From positions 576,001-640,000 of the forward strand of contig CAWEYG010000001.1 of assembly GCA_963813155.1 (NCBI GenBank): a stretch of 64,000 nt of DNA. Direction: 5' to 3'. This stretch comes from an uncultured Acidobacteriota bacterium (GTDB taxonomy: Bacteria; Acidobacteriota; Thermoanaerobaculia; UBA5066; DATFVB01). Under the pieces are notes generated by a model. That model saw nothing but the letters and a program-made list of their open reading frames with translations, had not been told where the DNA came from and did not search any database. Below, piece after piece: positions 13,000 to 23,149 of the stretch (the first letter of the stretch is position 1; every line of letters starts with the position of its first letter). The position numbers and the translations under genes are program-made.

Positions 13000-13338
13000 T
13001 CAGGCGGCCGTCTTCCAGACGAGGCCCGCGGCCGCGACCGCCCCGGGATCGAGCGCGATCCGGACCGGCCCCGAACAGATTCCTTCGAGAGTGATCGTGG
13101 GGCGGTCGCTCTCGCCGGCCGTGATCTCGGCCGCCGGGATCTCGAACTTCCGGCCGACGTTCACGCGGGAATCCCGGCTCCACTGGCGGATCGATCCGGT
13201 CACCCGGTCTTCGTGCACCGTGTAATTGACGGCCACGTGAGAACCGTCGGGACAGTCGGTCCAAAAGTATGCGAGCAGCAATTCCGCCTCCTGAAACTTC
13301 GATTCTATCCCGTCGAAGGCCGCCGAAGCGTGGGGCAC
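13000..13338 (-). CDS. Hypothetical protein
   Basis: 112-aa ORF with protein-like composition, abutting the Smr gene. Confidence 0.55.
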   Translation of the reverse strand: MPHASAAFDGIESKFQEAELLLAYFWTDCPDGSHVAVNYTVHEDRVTGSIRQWSRDSRVNVGRKFEIPAAEITAGESDRPTITLEGICSGPVRIALDPGAVAAAGLVWKTAA

Positions 13339-13394
13339 GTTTCTTGCTGTTACCGGGTCTGGATCGCGTGGAAGACCAACGAGAGGGATACAAA

Positions 13395-15343
13395 ATGAAG
13401 CGGGTTTGCGGGATTTTTCTGGCGCTCGCGCCTCTGGCGCTCTCGTTTCGGGCGGAGGCTCGCCCCATGGCGTGGTCCAGCGTCGGTCCGCCCGGCGGCC
13501 CCGTTTCCGCCGTCGTCCTCGACCGCTCCAATTCCTCGGTCGTGTACACGGGCACGAATGGAGGCGGTGTCTTCAAGAGCACCGACGCCGCCGCGACATG
13601 GTCCCGGGCGAGCCAGGGCATGACCGATACCGATGTCCGCGCGCTCGTCATCAACCCGGCCACGCCCTCGACGCTGTTCGCCGGCACGGCCGCCGGTGTC
13701 TTCAAGACGTCCGACGGAGCCCTGCACTGGACGCGCGTCGATTCCGGCTTTGCCGACGAAACCGTGATCGCGCTCGCGATCGACCCCACCGGACAGCGCC
13801 TGCTCGCCGGAACGGAGGGCGGCGGGATCTTCCGGACGGTGGACGGCGGCGCGACCTGGGACGCCGCCGACAACGGCCTGACGGACGACATCGTGACCGC
13901 GCTCGCGATCGACCCGATCTCGCCGGACGTCGCCTACGCCGCCACTCTCTTTTCCGGCGTCTTCAAGACGCTGGACGGCGGAGATTCGTGGAATCCCGCA
14001 GACAACGGCCTCCCCGGGAACCTGATCCGCGCCCTCGCGGTCGCACCTCACACCGAAGGCACCGTCTACGCGGGCACCCAGAGCGGAGGAATCTTCAAGT
14101 CGACCGACGGGGGCAACTCGTGGGTGCCGGCGGGCACCGCGATGCACGGCTCGTTCAATTTCATCGTGATCGACCCGGCATCCTCCCTCCGCGTCTACGC
14201 GGGCTCTCAGGACAGCGGCGTGATGAAGTCGACCGACGGCGGCCAGACCTGGGCCTCCGCGAGCGCCGGATTGACGAACCTCTCCGTTTCCGCGATCGCG
14301 ATCAACCCGAACTCGGCGAGCGTTCTCTACGCCGGGACCCCGGCGGGGCTCTTCAAGTCGACGAACCAGGCGGCCAGCTGGGCGCCCGCGAACGCCGGCC
14401 TCGTCGCGACGATCGTCGACGCTCTCGCGGCCGGACCCTCGGCCGTTTATGCCGGAACCGACGGGGGCGGCGTCTTTCGCTCGCCCGACGGGGTCGGAAG
14501 CTGGGCGGCGTCCAACACCGGGCTCACGATCTCTTCGATCCGCAGCCTCGCGCTCGATCCGACCAACCCGTCCACCGTCTACGCGGGGACGCTCGGAATC
14601 GGCCTCTTCAAGAGCACGAACGGCGGGGCCACCTGGTCCGCGAGCACTGCCGGTTTCACGGGGAACATCGTGACGTCGGTCGCGGTCGATCCGAACAACC
14701 CGCTGACGATTTTCGCCGGCACCGCGTGCTGCGGGATCTTCCGCTCCCTCGACGCCGGCGGCTCGTGGACCCGAACGAACTCGGGGCTCACGAGCACGAA
14801 CGTTCTCGCGATCGTGGTCGATCCCGGCCCGTCCGGCCTCGTGTACGCCGGGACGTTCGGCGGAGGGGTGTTCTCTCGGCCGACGGCGGCGCCACCTGGA
14901 TCCCGGCCAGCTCGGGCCTCACGAATCTGATCGTCGACGGTTTCGCGTTCTCCGCGTCCGGGACACTCTTCGCCGCGACCGCCCAGGGAGTGTTCGCAAC
15001 GACCGACGGCGCGAATCACTGGATCAACCCCGCCCCTGGATCGTCGTTCTCGGCGCAGAACGTCCAGGCGATTCTCGCCGACCTCGCCGCCTCGAGGCTC
15101 TTCGCCGGAACGCTCGAAGGCGTCTTCGAGAGCGACGACGACGGCGCCCACTGGCAGGCGATCAACGCGGGACTGACGAACCTCGACGTGCGCGCCCTCG
15201 CGATCGCGCCCGGAGGCATCCTGCTCGCCGGCACGGGGGGCTCCGGCGTGTTCGCGTACCGCGGCGGACTGCTCGTCACGCCGGTCGCACCGCCGCCCGT
15301 CGTCCCCGTCCGAGGGCGCTCCGCGGAACTTCGCCTGGAGTAA
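13395..15343 (+). CDS. Secreted BNR/Asp-box beta-propeller protein (frameshift near 14873)
   Basis: Signal peptide; many GVFKSTDGGxxW repeats that continue in a second frame to 15343. Confidence 0.85.
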
Positions 15344-15368
15344 CGGCCCGCGGGTTAAAATTCGCCGG

Positions 15369-16349
15369 ATGTCTTCCCGATCCGCGCTCTTGAAACGCGC
15401 GGCCGCCTCGATGGCGGCCGGCGGCGCCGCGTACCTCGGAGCTTCCTATCTCGCGGCGCGATCTCTCTCGGAGGCGCTGATCTCGCCCTCCGGACTGGCG
15501 CCGGGAACGTCCGATCGACTCGAATTTCTGGCCGCGCTGCGGGCGGCGGCCGCCTCGGTCGACGAAATCGAGTTCGAGGGCGACGCCCGGGACCCCGCCC
15601 TTCTCCGCTCGACATTCGCGACCCCGGGCGACCCGGGCCGCCGCACGACCCTGATTTTCCTCCACGGAAAGGGAGGCGACGCCGCGGAATGGCAGCCCGA
15701 CGCGCTCGCGGCGCTCGCGGCGGGGTTCAACGTCCTGTGCCCGGACCTGCGGGGGCACGGAGGGTCGGAAGGGAATTTCATCACGTTCGGCCTGCTCGAA
15801 AGCGGCGACCTTCGCAACGCGGTGGCAGCGGCGGCCGAAACGGCAGGCGCCGACCCGGGCCGGCTCGCGGTCCACGCCTGCTCCGCCGGGTGCACGACGG
15901 CGCTCGCCTTCTCCGCGGGCAATCGTTCCGTCCGCGCGCTCTGGCTGGAGTCTCCGTTCGGCGACGCCCGGGAGATGGCGAGGCATTATCTCCACCTCAA
16001 GTCGGGGGTCCCTCGCTGGCTGCTCGGCCTGACGACGCGCATGGCGCTCTCGCAGGCCGACGCGAAGGTTCGCCGCCGCCTCGGCCTCGCGTCCCGCGAA
16101 GGCCTCGAATCCGTCGATCCGCTCGAGACCGCGAAGCGGGTCCATTGCCCCGTTCAGCTCGTCTACGGCGCGAAAGACGAGCTCGCGCTTCCCGGTTTCG
16201 TGCCGGTCCTCGCCGCCGTTCTGCCTCGTACGACCCGCGTCTGGCGAGTCGAAGGCGCGGGGCACTGCCACCACGACGACGAATCCTCCCGGATCGCGCG
16301 CGAGGAGTACCGCCGGCGCTGGACCGAGTTTTTCGCTCGCGCTCTGTAG
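15369..16349 (+). CDS. Alpha/beta hydrolase
   Basis: FLHGKGG, PDLRGHGGSEG, variant nucleophile elbow ACSAG, GAKDE, GAGH. Confidence 0.85.
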   Translation: MSSRSALLKRAAASMAAGGAAYLGASYLAARSLSEALISPSGLAPGTSDRLEFLAALRAAAASVDEIEFEGDARDPALLRSTFATPGDPGRRTTLIFLHGKGGDAAEWQPDALAALAAGFNVLCPDLRGHGGSEGNFITFGLLESGDLRNAVAAAAETAGADPGRLAVHACSAGCTTALAFSAGNRSVRALWLESPFGDAREMARHYLHLKSGVPRWLLGLTTRMALSQADAKVRRRLGLASREGLESVDPLETAKRVHCPVQLVYGAKDELALPGFVPVLAAVLPRTTRVWRVEGAGHCHHDDESSRIAREEYRRRWTEFFARAL

Positions 16350-16359
16350 GGGCGCGGAC

Positions 16360-17343
16360 CTAGATCGAACCGTCGAGAACGCGCCGAAGCGTTTCCCGGT
16401 CGATGTTTCCCCCGGAGATCACGATGCCGACCTTCTTGCGCGCGAGCTCCCGTCGCAGCCGCAGGAGTCCCGCCAAACCCGCCGCGCCGGCCCCCTCCGC
16501 GAGGTTGTGCGTCGTCGAAAGGAGAATCCGGATCGCTTCGGCGATCTCGCCCTCCTCGACCGCGACGAAGCCCTTCAGCCCTTCGCGCAGGGCCTCGAAT
16601 GTCGTCTCGTACGTGCTTCGCGTCGCGAGCCCGTCGGCGATCGTGTCGGCGCTCTCTGTGGTCGTCGGTTTTCCCGCGTGCCACGAATCATGGGTCGCGG
16701 AGGCTCTCGCCGCCTGAACGCCGTACACCGGCAGGCCGGGCCGGAGGGCGCGGGCGACGGTCAGGCCGCCGACGGCCTGGGATCCTCCCCCGACCGAGTA
16801 GACGATCGCTTCCAGGCCCGGCTCCTGCTCGAGCATCTCCAGCGTCAGCGTGGCAGCGCCCGCGACGACGAAACGCTCGTTGGTCGAATGGACGACTCTC
16901 AGCTTTCGCTCCTGCGCGAGCCGCTTCGCGACCGCGACCGACTCGTCGTAGTCGCGCCCCTCCTCGACGAGTGTCGCGCCGAAGCCGCGAATCGCGGCGT
17001 TCTTCTCGGGGTTGTTGCCGACCGGAACGCAGACGGTCACCGGGACGCCGAGCAGCGATCCCGCCCAGGCGAGACCCTGCCCGTGGTTGCCCCGGGTCGC
17101 GGCGATCACTCCGGCGCGCCGTTCCTCCGGCGTGAAACCGGCGAGAACGGCGAGGCAGTTTCGCGCCTTGAACGCGTTGGTCGGAAGGTGGTTCTCGTGT
17201 TTCACGAAAACCGCGATCCCCTCTCCGACCGCGTCGTCGAGCGGGGCGTAACGGCGAAGGGGCGTTCTCTCGAGGTAGGGCGCGATCCGGCTCCGCGCCG
17301 CGAGCACGTCCGCCATCGTGATCGGCCACGCCGGCGCGCTCAC
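16360..17343 (-). CDS. PLP-dependent threonine/serine dehydratase family protein
   Basis: KHENHLPTNAFKAR, TRGNHGQ, SVGGGS, SGGNID; GTGA overlap with the rlmN stop. Confidence 0.9.
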   Translation of the reverse strand: MSAPAWPITMADVLAARSRIAPYLERTPLRRYAPLDDAVGEGIAVFVKHENHLPTNAFKARNCLAVLAGFTPEERRAGVIAATRGNHGQGLAWAGSLLGVPVTVCVPVGNNPEKNAAIRGFGATLVEEGRDYDESVAVAKRLAQERKLRVVHSTNERFVVAGAATLTLEMLEQEPGLEAIVYSVGGGSQAVGGLTVARALRPGLPVYGVQAARASATHDSWHAGKPTTTESADTIADGLATRSTYETTFEALREGLKGFVAVEEGEIAEAIRILLSTTHNLAEGAGAAGLAGLLRLRRELARKKVGIVISGGNIDRETLRRVLDGSI

Positions 17344-18494
17344 CGCGGCCGGACCGCCGATTTCCGGCGCGGGTCCACCTCGCGCCCCTTCAGCTGACCG
17401 CATGCGGCGGACGCGTCGGGCCCCTTGGAACGCCGGACCGTGACGGTGTACCGCTCCCGCGCGAGGGTCTCCACGAACGCGTCCACCGTTGCCTCGGACG
17501 GCCTCCGGAATTCCGGGACATAGCGCGGGTCGGGGTTGAACGGAATGACGTTGATCTTCACCGGAATTCCCCGGAGGCGCCGCGCGAGACTGCGCGCGGC
17601 GTCCGCGGAGTCGTTGACGCCCGCGATCAGAACGTACTCTGCGGTGATGCGCCGCCGGTGCGTGAGGGGGAACGCCTTCATCGCGGCGAGAACCCGGGAG
17701 AGAGGATACTTTCGCGTGATCGGCATGATCTTCTCGCGGACGGCGTCGTCCGCCGCGTTGATCGAGACCGCGAGGTTCGGCTGCTTCGAGCGGCGCCCGA
17801 GCTTCTCGATCCCCTCGGGGAAGCCGGACGTCGAAACGGTGACCTTCCGCGGCGAGATCGTCTCGAAGAAGACGTCGAGCGCGGCCTCGACGTTGTCGAG
17901 ATTCGCCATCGGCTCGCCCATGCCCATGAAGACGAGCGAGAAGGTCGGCGAGGGGTGCTCCCGGCGAACCGCCAGGAACTGCGCGACGATCTCGCCGGCG
18001 GAGAGGTTGCGCCCCGCTCCGAGCCGGCCGGTCACGCAGAATCGGCAATCGACCGCGCATCCCGTCTGGGACGACAGGCAAACCGTCGCCCGGTCCGGCG
18101 CGGCCTCGGCGGGCGGCAAAGCCTCCCGGGCGGGCTCGCGCGGCGCCTCCGGCTTCCTCGCGTCCGCGAACTCCGAAGAAGCGGACGCCGCCTCTTCCCC
18201 TCGCGGCATGTAGACGGCCTCGACGAGCGCGCCGTCGGAGTAGCGAAGGCCGTATTTCACGCTTCCATCCCCCGACTCCTCGCGCCGCGCGACCTCGGGG
18301 AGAGCCATGGAAACGGCCTGCGACCACTTCGCGCGCGACGGCGCGGAGAGCTCGGTCATTCCGGAGAAATCCGCGACGGCGCGCCGGTGGATCGCGTCGA
18401 AGATTTGCCGTCCCCGAAAGGCGGCTTCGCCGAGCTCGCGAGCTTTCTCCTCCCAGGCGGCGCGCGGCCAGGCAAAAGGCGCGCAGGGATCCAA
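17340..18494 (-). CDS. rlmN: 23S rRNA/tRNA A-C2 methyltransferase RlmN (radical SAM)
   Basis: CLSSQTGCAVDCRFC, FMGMGEP, INVIPFN, AACGQL. Start approximate (TTG 18494). Confidence 0.9.
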   Translation of the reverse strand: MDPCAPFAWPRAAWEEKARELGEAAFRGRQIFDAIHRRAVADFSGMTELSAPSRAKWSQAVSMALPEVARREESGDGSVKYGLRYSDGALVEAVYMPRGEEAASASSEFADARKPEAPREPAREALPPAEAAPDRATVCLSSQTGCAVDCRFCVTGRLGAGRNLSAGEIVAQFLAVRREHPSPTFSLVFMGMGEPMANLDNVEAALDVFFETISPRKVTVSTSGFPEGIEKLGRRSKQPNLAVSINAADDAVREKIMPITRKYPLSRVLAAMKAFPLTHRRRITAEYVLIAGVNDSADAARSLARRLRGIPVKINVIPFNPDPRYVPEFRRPSEATVDAFVETLARERYTVTVRRSKGPDASAACGQLKGREVDPRRKSAVRPR

Positions 18495-18499
18495 GGGAG

Positions 18500-18886
18500 T
18501 TATTCCGACCGCTTGGCAGCGCGGCGGCGAACGCGGCGGACCGTGGAGAGCGTCGCGGGAGCCCCCGAAGGCCTCGAGAGGGGCCGGGAGACCCGGCGCG
18601 AGCGCACCTTGCGGGTGGGGTCGATTCCGAGCGATTTCAGCAGGCGCAGGTCGCGAAAATCGATGCGGAACGAAGCCGGCGGCACTTCTTCTTCCGCGAG
18701 CTCCTCCGAGTCGGCGGAAAACGCCTCGTCGCGCTCGATCCCGATTCGCGCGTCGAGGTTGAGGAAGAGCCTGTAGCCGTGATCGCGCAGCTTTTCGATC
18801 GTCTCGTGGACCCGATCCGACTCGGATACCGAATCGTTGATCGCATCCCCCAGTTCCTTGAGCATCGCCCGAAGCTTCGCGTCCAC
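18500..18886 (-). CDS. Hypothetical protein
   Basis: VDAKLRAMLKELGDAINDSVSES...DLRLLKSLGI; -10-like CATCAT 6 nt before the GTG. Confidence 0.7.
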   Translation of the reverse strand: MDAKLRAMLKELGDAINDSVSESDRVHETIEKLRDHGYRLFLNLDARIGIERDEAFSADSEELAEEEVPPASFRIDFRDLRLLKSLGIDPTRKVRSRRVSRPLSRPSGAPATLSTVRRVRRRAAKRSE

Positions 18887-18952
18887 GGACGGATGATGCC
18901 ACCCGCCGGAAGGGGTGTCAAACGCCCGCCGCGGTCCCCGAAACCCGCTTGG

Positions 18953-18980
18953 AAAACCTTCACGAAGGCGTTTCGTAAGA
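18953..18980 (+). promoter_or_regulatory. Putative ECF sigma promoter
   Basis: AAAACCTT-N13-CGTAAGA upstream of the YIP1-ABC operon. Confidence 0.55.
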
Positions 18981-19745
18981 ATGCGCGACATGCCCGAATC
19001 CGAATCGAAGGGACCGCCCGCCGAGATGTCGGAGGCGGCCGCCGCGCTGGGAATCTTCACGAGCCCGTCGGCGACGTTCGCCGCTCTCGCGCGAAAGCCG
19101 ACCTGGTGGCTGCCGTTCGTCGCCGGCCTCCTCGTCTCCGCCGTCTTCAGCTTCGTCATGACCGACAAGATGGACTACGACGCGTCCATGCGGCAGGCGG
19201 TCGAGAAGCAGGCGGCGAAAAGCGGGCGGACGATGCCCGCCGCGGAGTTGGAGAAGTCCGTCGACGCCGCCGTCGAAATGCAGAGAAAGATGGCGCCGTA
19301 TTACCCGACGATCGGGGCTGCGGGATATTCGTTCTTCTTCTTTCTGGTCGCGCTCGTGGTCGCGTTTTCGGCGAGCGCGTTCGGCGCCGAAGCGAAGATC
19401 CCCGTGTATCTCGCGGTCTATTCGCACGCGCAGATTCCCCTCGTGCTCCGGTCGATCTATGGAACGATCCGCCTCCTTTCGGCGGCCGACGGCTCCCTGA
19501 CGTTCGAACAGCTCGGCCGGATCGGGACGATCGGCCCGGCGCTCTTCCTGCCCGCCTCGTCGCCGGCGACCCTCCTCGCGCTGGCCTCCTCGCTCGACCT
19601 CGGCGTTCTCGCGACGGTCGGCCTTCTCGTCCTGGGGTTCCGCCGGCTTCCGGGTCTGTCGCGCGCTTCCGCCACCGGAGTTCCGATCGCTCTTTACGGC
19701 CTCTTCGTGCTGATCCGGGTCGGTTGGGCGGCGCTTTTTGGTTAG
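18981..19745 (+). CDS. YIP1-family membrane protein
   Basis: GIFTSPSATFAAL...PTWWLP signature and about 5 TM helices. Start is 18981 or 18990. Confidence 0.85.
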   Translation: MRDMPESESKGPPAEMSEAAAALGIFTSPSATFAALARKPTWWLPFVAGLLVSAVFSFVMTDKMDYDASMRQAVEKQAAKSGRTMPAAELEKSVDAAVEMQRKMAPYYPTIGAAGYSFFFFLVALVVAFSASAFGAEAKIPVYLAVYSHAQIPLVLRSIYGTIRLLSAADGSLTFEQLGRIGTIGPALFLPASSPATLLALASSLDLGVLATVGLLVLGFRRLPGLSRASATGVPIALYGLFVLIRVGWAALFG

Positions 19746-19765
19746 ACTAGACGGGAGGACGAACC

Positions 19766-20686
19766 TTGAACACAATTGAAGTCGACCACGTCACGAAGGC
19801 CTTCGGAAAATTCAAGGCCGTCGACGACCTGTCGCTGTCCGTTCCTTCCGGCACGATCTTCGGCCTCCTCGGCCCGAACGGCGCGGGGAAGACGACGACG
19901 ATCCGCATGATCATGGACATCACCGCGCCGGACAGCGGGTCGATCCGCGTGCTCGGCGCCCCGGCGGGCCGGGAGTCGCTCGCGCGCGTCGGTTACCTGC
20001 CGGAGGAACGGGGGCTCTATCGCCGGATGCGCGTGATCGACCATCTCCTGTTCCTCGCCGCCATCAAGGAAGTGGACGCCGAGACCGCGAAGAAGCGGAT
20101 CGACGGATGGCTCGACGCGATGGAGCTGCGGCCCTGGCTCAAGAAGAAGGTCGAGGAGCTGTCGAAAGGGATGCAGCAGAAGATCCAGTTCATCGCGACG
20201 ATCATCCACGACCCCGAGGTCCTGATCCTCGACGAGCCGTTCTCGGGTCTCGACCCGATCAATGTCAACCTGATCCGCAACTTCCTCGCGGAGTTCCGCG
20301 CGAAGGGCAAGACGATCGTTTTCTCGACGCACGTCCTCGAACAGGCGGAAAAGCTCTGCGACCACATTTGTCTCATCACGAAATCGAAGAAGGTCCTCGA
20401 CGGGGACCTGAAGGCGCTCAAGCGCGCCTTCGCGGGAAACGTCATGCGGGTTTCGACCGATGCCTCCGCCGACGCGATTCGCGCGATTCCGGGCGTCGCG
20501 TCCGTCAAGGCGGTCAACGGAGGATTCCACGTCGCGCTGTCCGACGGCGCCGAAGCCCGGTCGGTCGTGCAGCGTCTCTTCGAGAAGCACCGCGTGGACG
20601 CCTTCTCCGAGAAAGAGCCGGAGCTCGAGGAGATCTATCTGAAGGCGGTCGCGGACGCCGGGCTCGAAGAAACGCGGACGATCTGA
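19766..20686 (+). CDS. ABC-2 exporter ATP-binding protein (NatA/YthP-like)
   Basis: GPNGAGKTT, GYLPEERGLY, LSKGMQQK, LDEPFSGLD. Confidence 0.95.
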   Translation: MNTIEVDHVTKAFGKFKAVDDLSLSVPSGTIFGLLGPNGAGKTTTIRMIMDITAPDSGSIRVLGAPAGRESLARVGYLPEERGLYRRMRVIDHLLFLAAIKEVDAETAKKRIDGWLDAMELRPWLKKKVEELSKGMQQKIQFIATIIHDPEVLILDEPFSGLDPINVNLIRNFLAEFRAKGKTIVFSTHVLEQAEKLCDHICLITKSKKVLDGDLKALKRAFAGNVMRVSTDASADAIRAIPGVASVKAVNGGFHVALSDGAEARSVVQRLFEKHRVDAFSEKEPELEEIYLKAVADAGLEETRTI

Positions 20687-20696
20687 GGGAGCTGCC

Positions 20697-21986
20697 ATGA
20701 ACACTCGAAAAATCGGGGCCATCATCAAGCGGGAATACGTCGAGCACATCCGGCGAAAGGCGTTCTGGATTTTCACGATCCTGCTGCCGCTCATGTGGGC
20801 CGGGTTCTTTTTCGTTTCGATCTTCACGCAGACGCGCGCGTCCGGGACGCGGCGGATCGCCGTCATCGACCCCTCGGGAACCTACTTCGACCCCCTGCAG
20901 GCCGAGATCACCCACAGCAAGGACGCCGACCGTTTCGCGCTCACCCGGGCGCCGATTCCCGCGGCCGGCGTGGATACTCTGCGAGCGGACCTGAAGAAGG
21001 AAATCGAAGCGAAGAAGCTCGACGCGTACCTGCTGCTGGACCCGCAGGCGATCTCGAGCGGCACCGTCGTTTATCGCGCGTCGTCGGTCGCGGATTTTTC
21101 GTACCAGGAGCGGCTCGAGACTCACCTGAACCGGGTCCTCCTGCGGCATCGGCTGCTCGACCATGGAATCAACGCAACGGCGATCCCCGATCTCGTGAAG
21201 ACCGTCTCGATCGACGCAAAACGCGCCGACGAGAAGGATTCGGGCGGGTTGGCGGTCTCGTTTGTCTTTTTCCTCTTTCTCTACATCACGCTGATCATGT
21301 ACGGGATGTACAACCTGCGCGGCGTGATCGAGGAGAAGTCGAACCGCATCGTCGAGATCGTCATCTCTTCGGTCCGCCCCACGGAGCTGATGCTCGGAAA
21401 GATCATCGGAATCGGCCTCGTCGGCCTCACGCAGTACGCGATCTGGTGCATCCTTGCGATGAACCTGGCGCTGCTCTCGGGGTCCGGCGTCGCGATCGCG
21501 CTCGGCCTCGGGAAGGCGGCGATCCCGACGATCCCGATGTCGACACTCGCGTACTTCGTGCTTTTCTTCGTGCTCGGATACTTCTTCTACGCCTCGATCT
21601 ACACCGCGATCGGCGCGCCGTTCAACACGGACCAGGAGGCACAGCAGCTGGCGATGATCCCGACGATGATGATCGTCTCGGTCTGGGCGTTCTGGGGGAT
21701 GATCGTCAACAACCCGAACTCGACGACGGCGACCGTGCTCTCGATGATCCCCCCGCTGACTCCGATGGTGATGTTCTTTCGCGTGACGCTCGCGCCGGTG
21801 CCCGCCTGGCAGGTGGCGCTCGCCTCGGGAATCATGGTCGTCTCGATCTTCGCGGTCGCCTGGTTCGCCGGAAAGATCTACCGCGTCGGCATCCTCATGT
21901 ACGGCAAGAAACCGACCGTTCCGGAAATCTTCCGGTGGATGCGCCACGGCGGCGAGCCGGTTGCATCCGAAGCGACCCGGCCCTAG
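20697..21986 (+). CDS. ABC-2 exporter permease (NatB-like)
   Basis: EEKSNRIVEI...LMLGKIIG; KIYRVGILMYGKKP. Confidence 0.93.
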   Translation: MNTRKIGAIIKREYVEHIRRKAFWIFTILLPLMWAGFFFVSIFTQTRASGTRRIAVIDPSGTYFDPLQAEITHSKDADRFALTRAPIPAAGVDTLRADLKKEIEAKKLDAYLLLDPQAISSGTVVYRASSVADFSYQERLETHLNRVLLRHRLLDHGINATAIPDLVKTVSIDAKRADEKDSGGLAVSFVFFLFLYITLIMYGMYNLRGVIEEKSNRIVEIVISSVRPTELMLGKIIGIGLVGLTQYAIWCILAMNLALLSGSGVAIALGLGKAAIPTIPMSTLAYFVLFFVLGYFFYASIYTAIGAPFNTDQEAQQLAMIPTMMIVSVWAFWGMIVNNPNSTTATVLSMIPPLTPMVMFFRVTLAPVPAWQVALASGIMVVSIFAVAWFAGKIYRVGILMYGKKPTVPEIFRWMRHGGEPVASEATRP

Positions 21987-21999
21987 ACGCCGAGGTTGG

Positions 22000-22030
22000 C
22001 CGCTCGCGGCATTCCGAGCGCCGTTCGCTG
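22000..22030 (+). promoter_or_regulatory. Putative LytTR direct-repeat site
   Basis: CCGCTCGCGG (22000) and CCGTTCGCTG (22021), 21 bp apart, upstream of the LytS-like kinase. Confidence 0.5.
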
Positions 22031-22075
22031 CAAATTCCGCCCGGCCGCCCGGATCGGGAATATAAGGCGAGAAGA

Positions 22076-23149
22076 ATGACCCGAGTCCGCCCGAGCCAGG
22101 CTTTCGCTCTCGTCGCGTTCTGGGCGCTCGTGGGCGCGATCAGCGCCAGCCAGACGTACCTCCAGGTGACGATCGCGGGGATGAGCCACTCCTTCTGGCG
22201 AATCCTCGGCTGGGAAGAAGTCGTCTGGACTTCCTGGGCGCTCTTTACCCCGCTGATCCTCTCCTTGAAACGCCGCTTTCCGGTCGAGCGGCCGTTCCGG
22301 CGGGGGATTCCGATTCACCTCGCCGCGGGAGTCGCCGTCGCCGCGGCTCATGTCTTCCTCGGCGCGGGCGCCGCCTGGCTGTTCGACCCCTTCTCCGCGC
22401 GAAGGATGCCGCTCCGGCACACCTTCTCGATGTCCATGATCGGGTCGCTTCCGCCGCATCTCCTGGTGTACGGCGCGATCCTTGCCGCGGCCTATGGATT
22501 CGACGCCTTCGCCCGCTCGCGCGAGCGGGAATTGCGCGCGTCGCAGCTGGAGGCGCAGCTCTCGGAGGCCCGCCTCACGGCCCTGACGAACCAGCTGCAG
22601 CCCCACTTTCTGTTCAACACCCTCCATTCGATCGCCGGACTGGTTCGCCTGGAAAAGAACCCCGAGGCCGTGGGGATGATCGCCGGGTTGAGCGAGATGC
22701 TTCGCTACACGCTCCAACAGAGGAACCCGGAAGTGCCGCTCGACGAGGAGCTCGGCGTGCTGCGGCGCTATCTCGAGATCCAGAAAGTCCGGTTCGGCTC
22801 GCGTCTCGAGACCCGGTTTTCGATTGCCGACGAAACGCGCGGCGCCCGTGTCCCGACTCTCCTCCTCCAGCCGCTCGTGGAGAACGCCCTTCGACACGGG
22901 ATCGAAAAGAACCCCGGCCCCGGGACGCTCGAGATCGTTTCGCGGCGCGACGGAGACCGGCTGCACCTCGAGGTCCGGGACACGGGGCCCGGACTCTCGG
23001 CCGCGAAGCCCGCGAACGGCGTCGGTCTCGCGGTGACGAGGGCGCGTCTGAACGCCTTGTATGGCCCGTCGCACGAATTCCGGCTCGAAGACCTGCCCGA
23101 GGGAGGGGCCGTCGCGTCGATCGAGATTCCGTGGACCCATGCGGATTAG
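22076..23149 (+). CDS. LytS/AlgZ-type sensor histidine kinase
   Basis: Four TM helices; QLQPHFLFNTL, LQPLVENALRHG, DTGPG. Confidence 0.93.
   Translation: MTRVRPSQAFALVAFWALVGAISASQTYLQVTIAGMSHSFWRILGWEEVVWTSWALFTPLILSLKRRFPVERPFRRGIPIHLAAGVAVAAAHVFLGAGAAWLFDPFSARRMPLRHTFSMSMIGSLPPHLLVYGAILAAAYGFDAFARSRERELRASQLEAQLSEARLTALTNQLQPHFLFNTLHSIAGLVRLEKNPEAVGMIAGLSEMLRYTLQQRNPEVPLDEELGVLRRYLEIQKVRFGSRLETRFSIADETRGARVPTLLLQPLVENALRHGIEKNPGPGTLEIVSRRDGDRLHLEVRDTGPGLSAAKPANGVGLAVTRARLNALYGPSHEFRLEDLPEGGAVASIEIPWTHAD

Noticed and set aside
13470-15260. DNA repeat array in the beta-propeller gene and the Pro-rich run near 7350-7450
   Set aside because: The repeats are at the protein level with synonymous divergence, so they are ordinary coding repeats.
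17340-18494. Cfr-type resistance methylase or RiPP radical SAM enzyme
   Set aside because: Motifs and housekeeping context fit RlmN. The other radical SAM gene fits MqnE, and no precursor peptide is evident.
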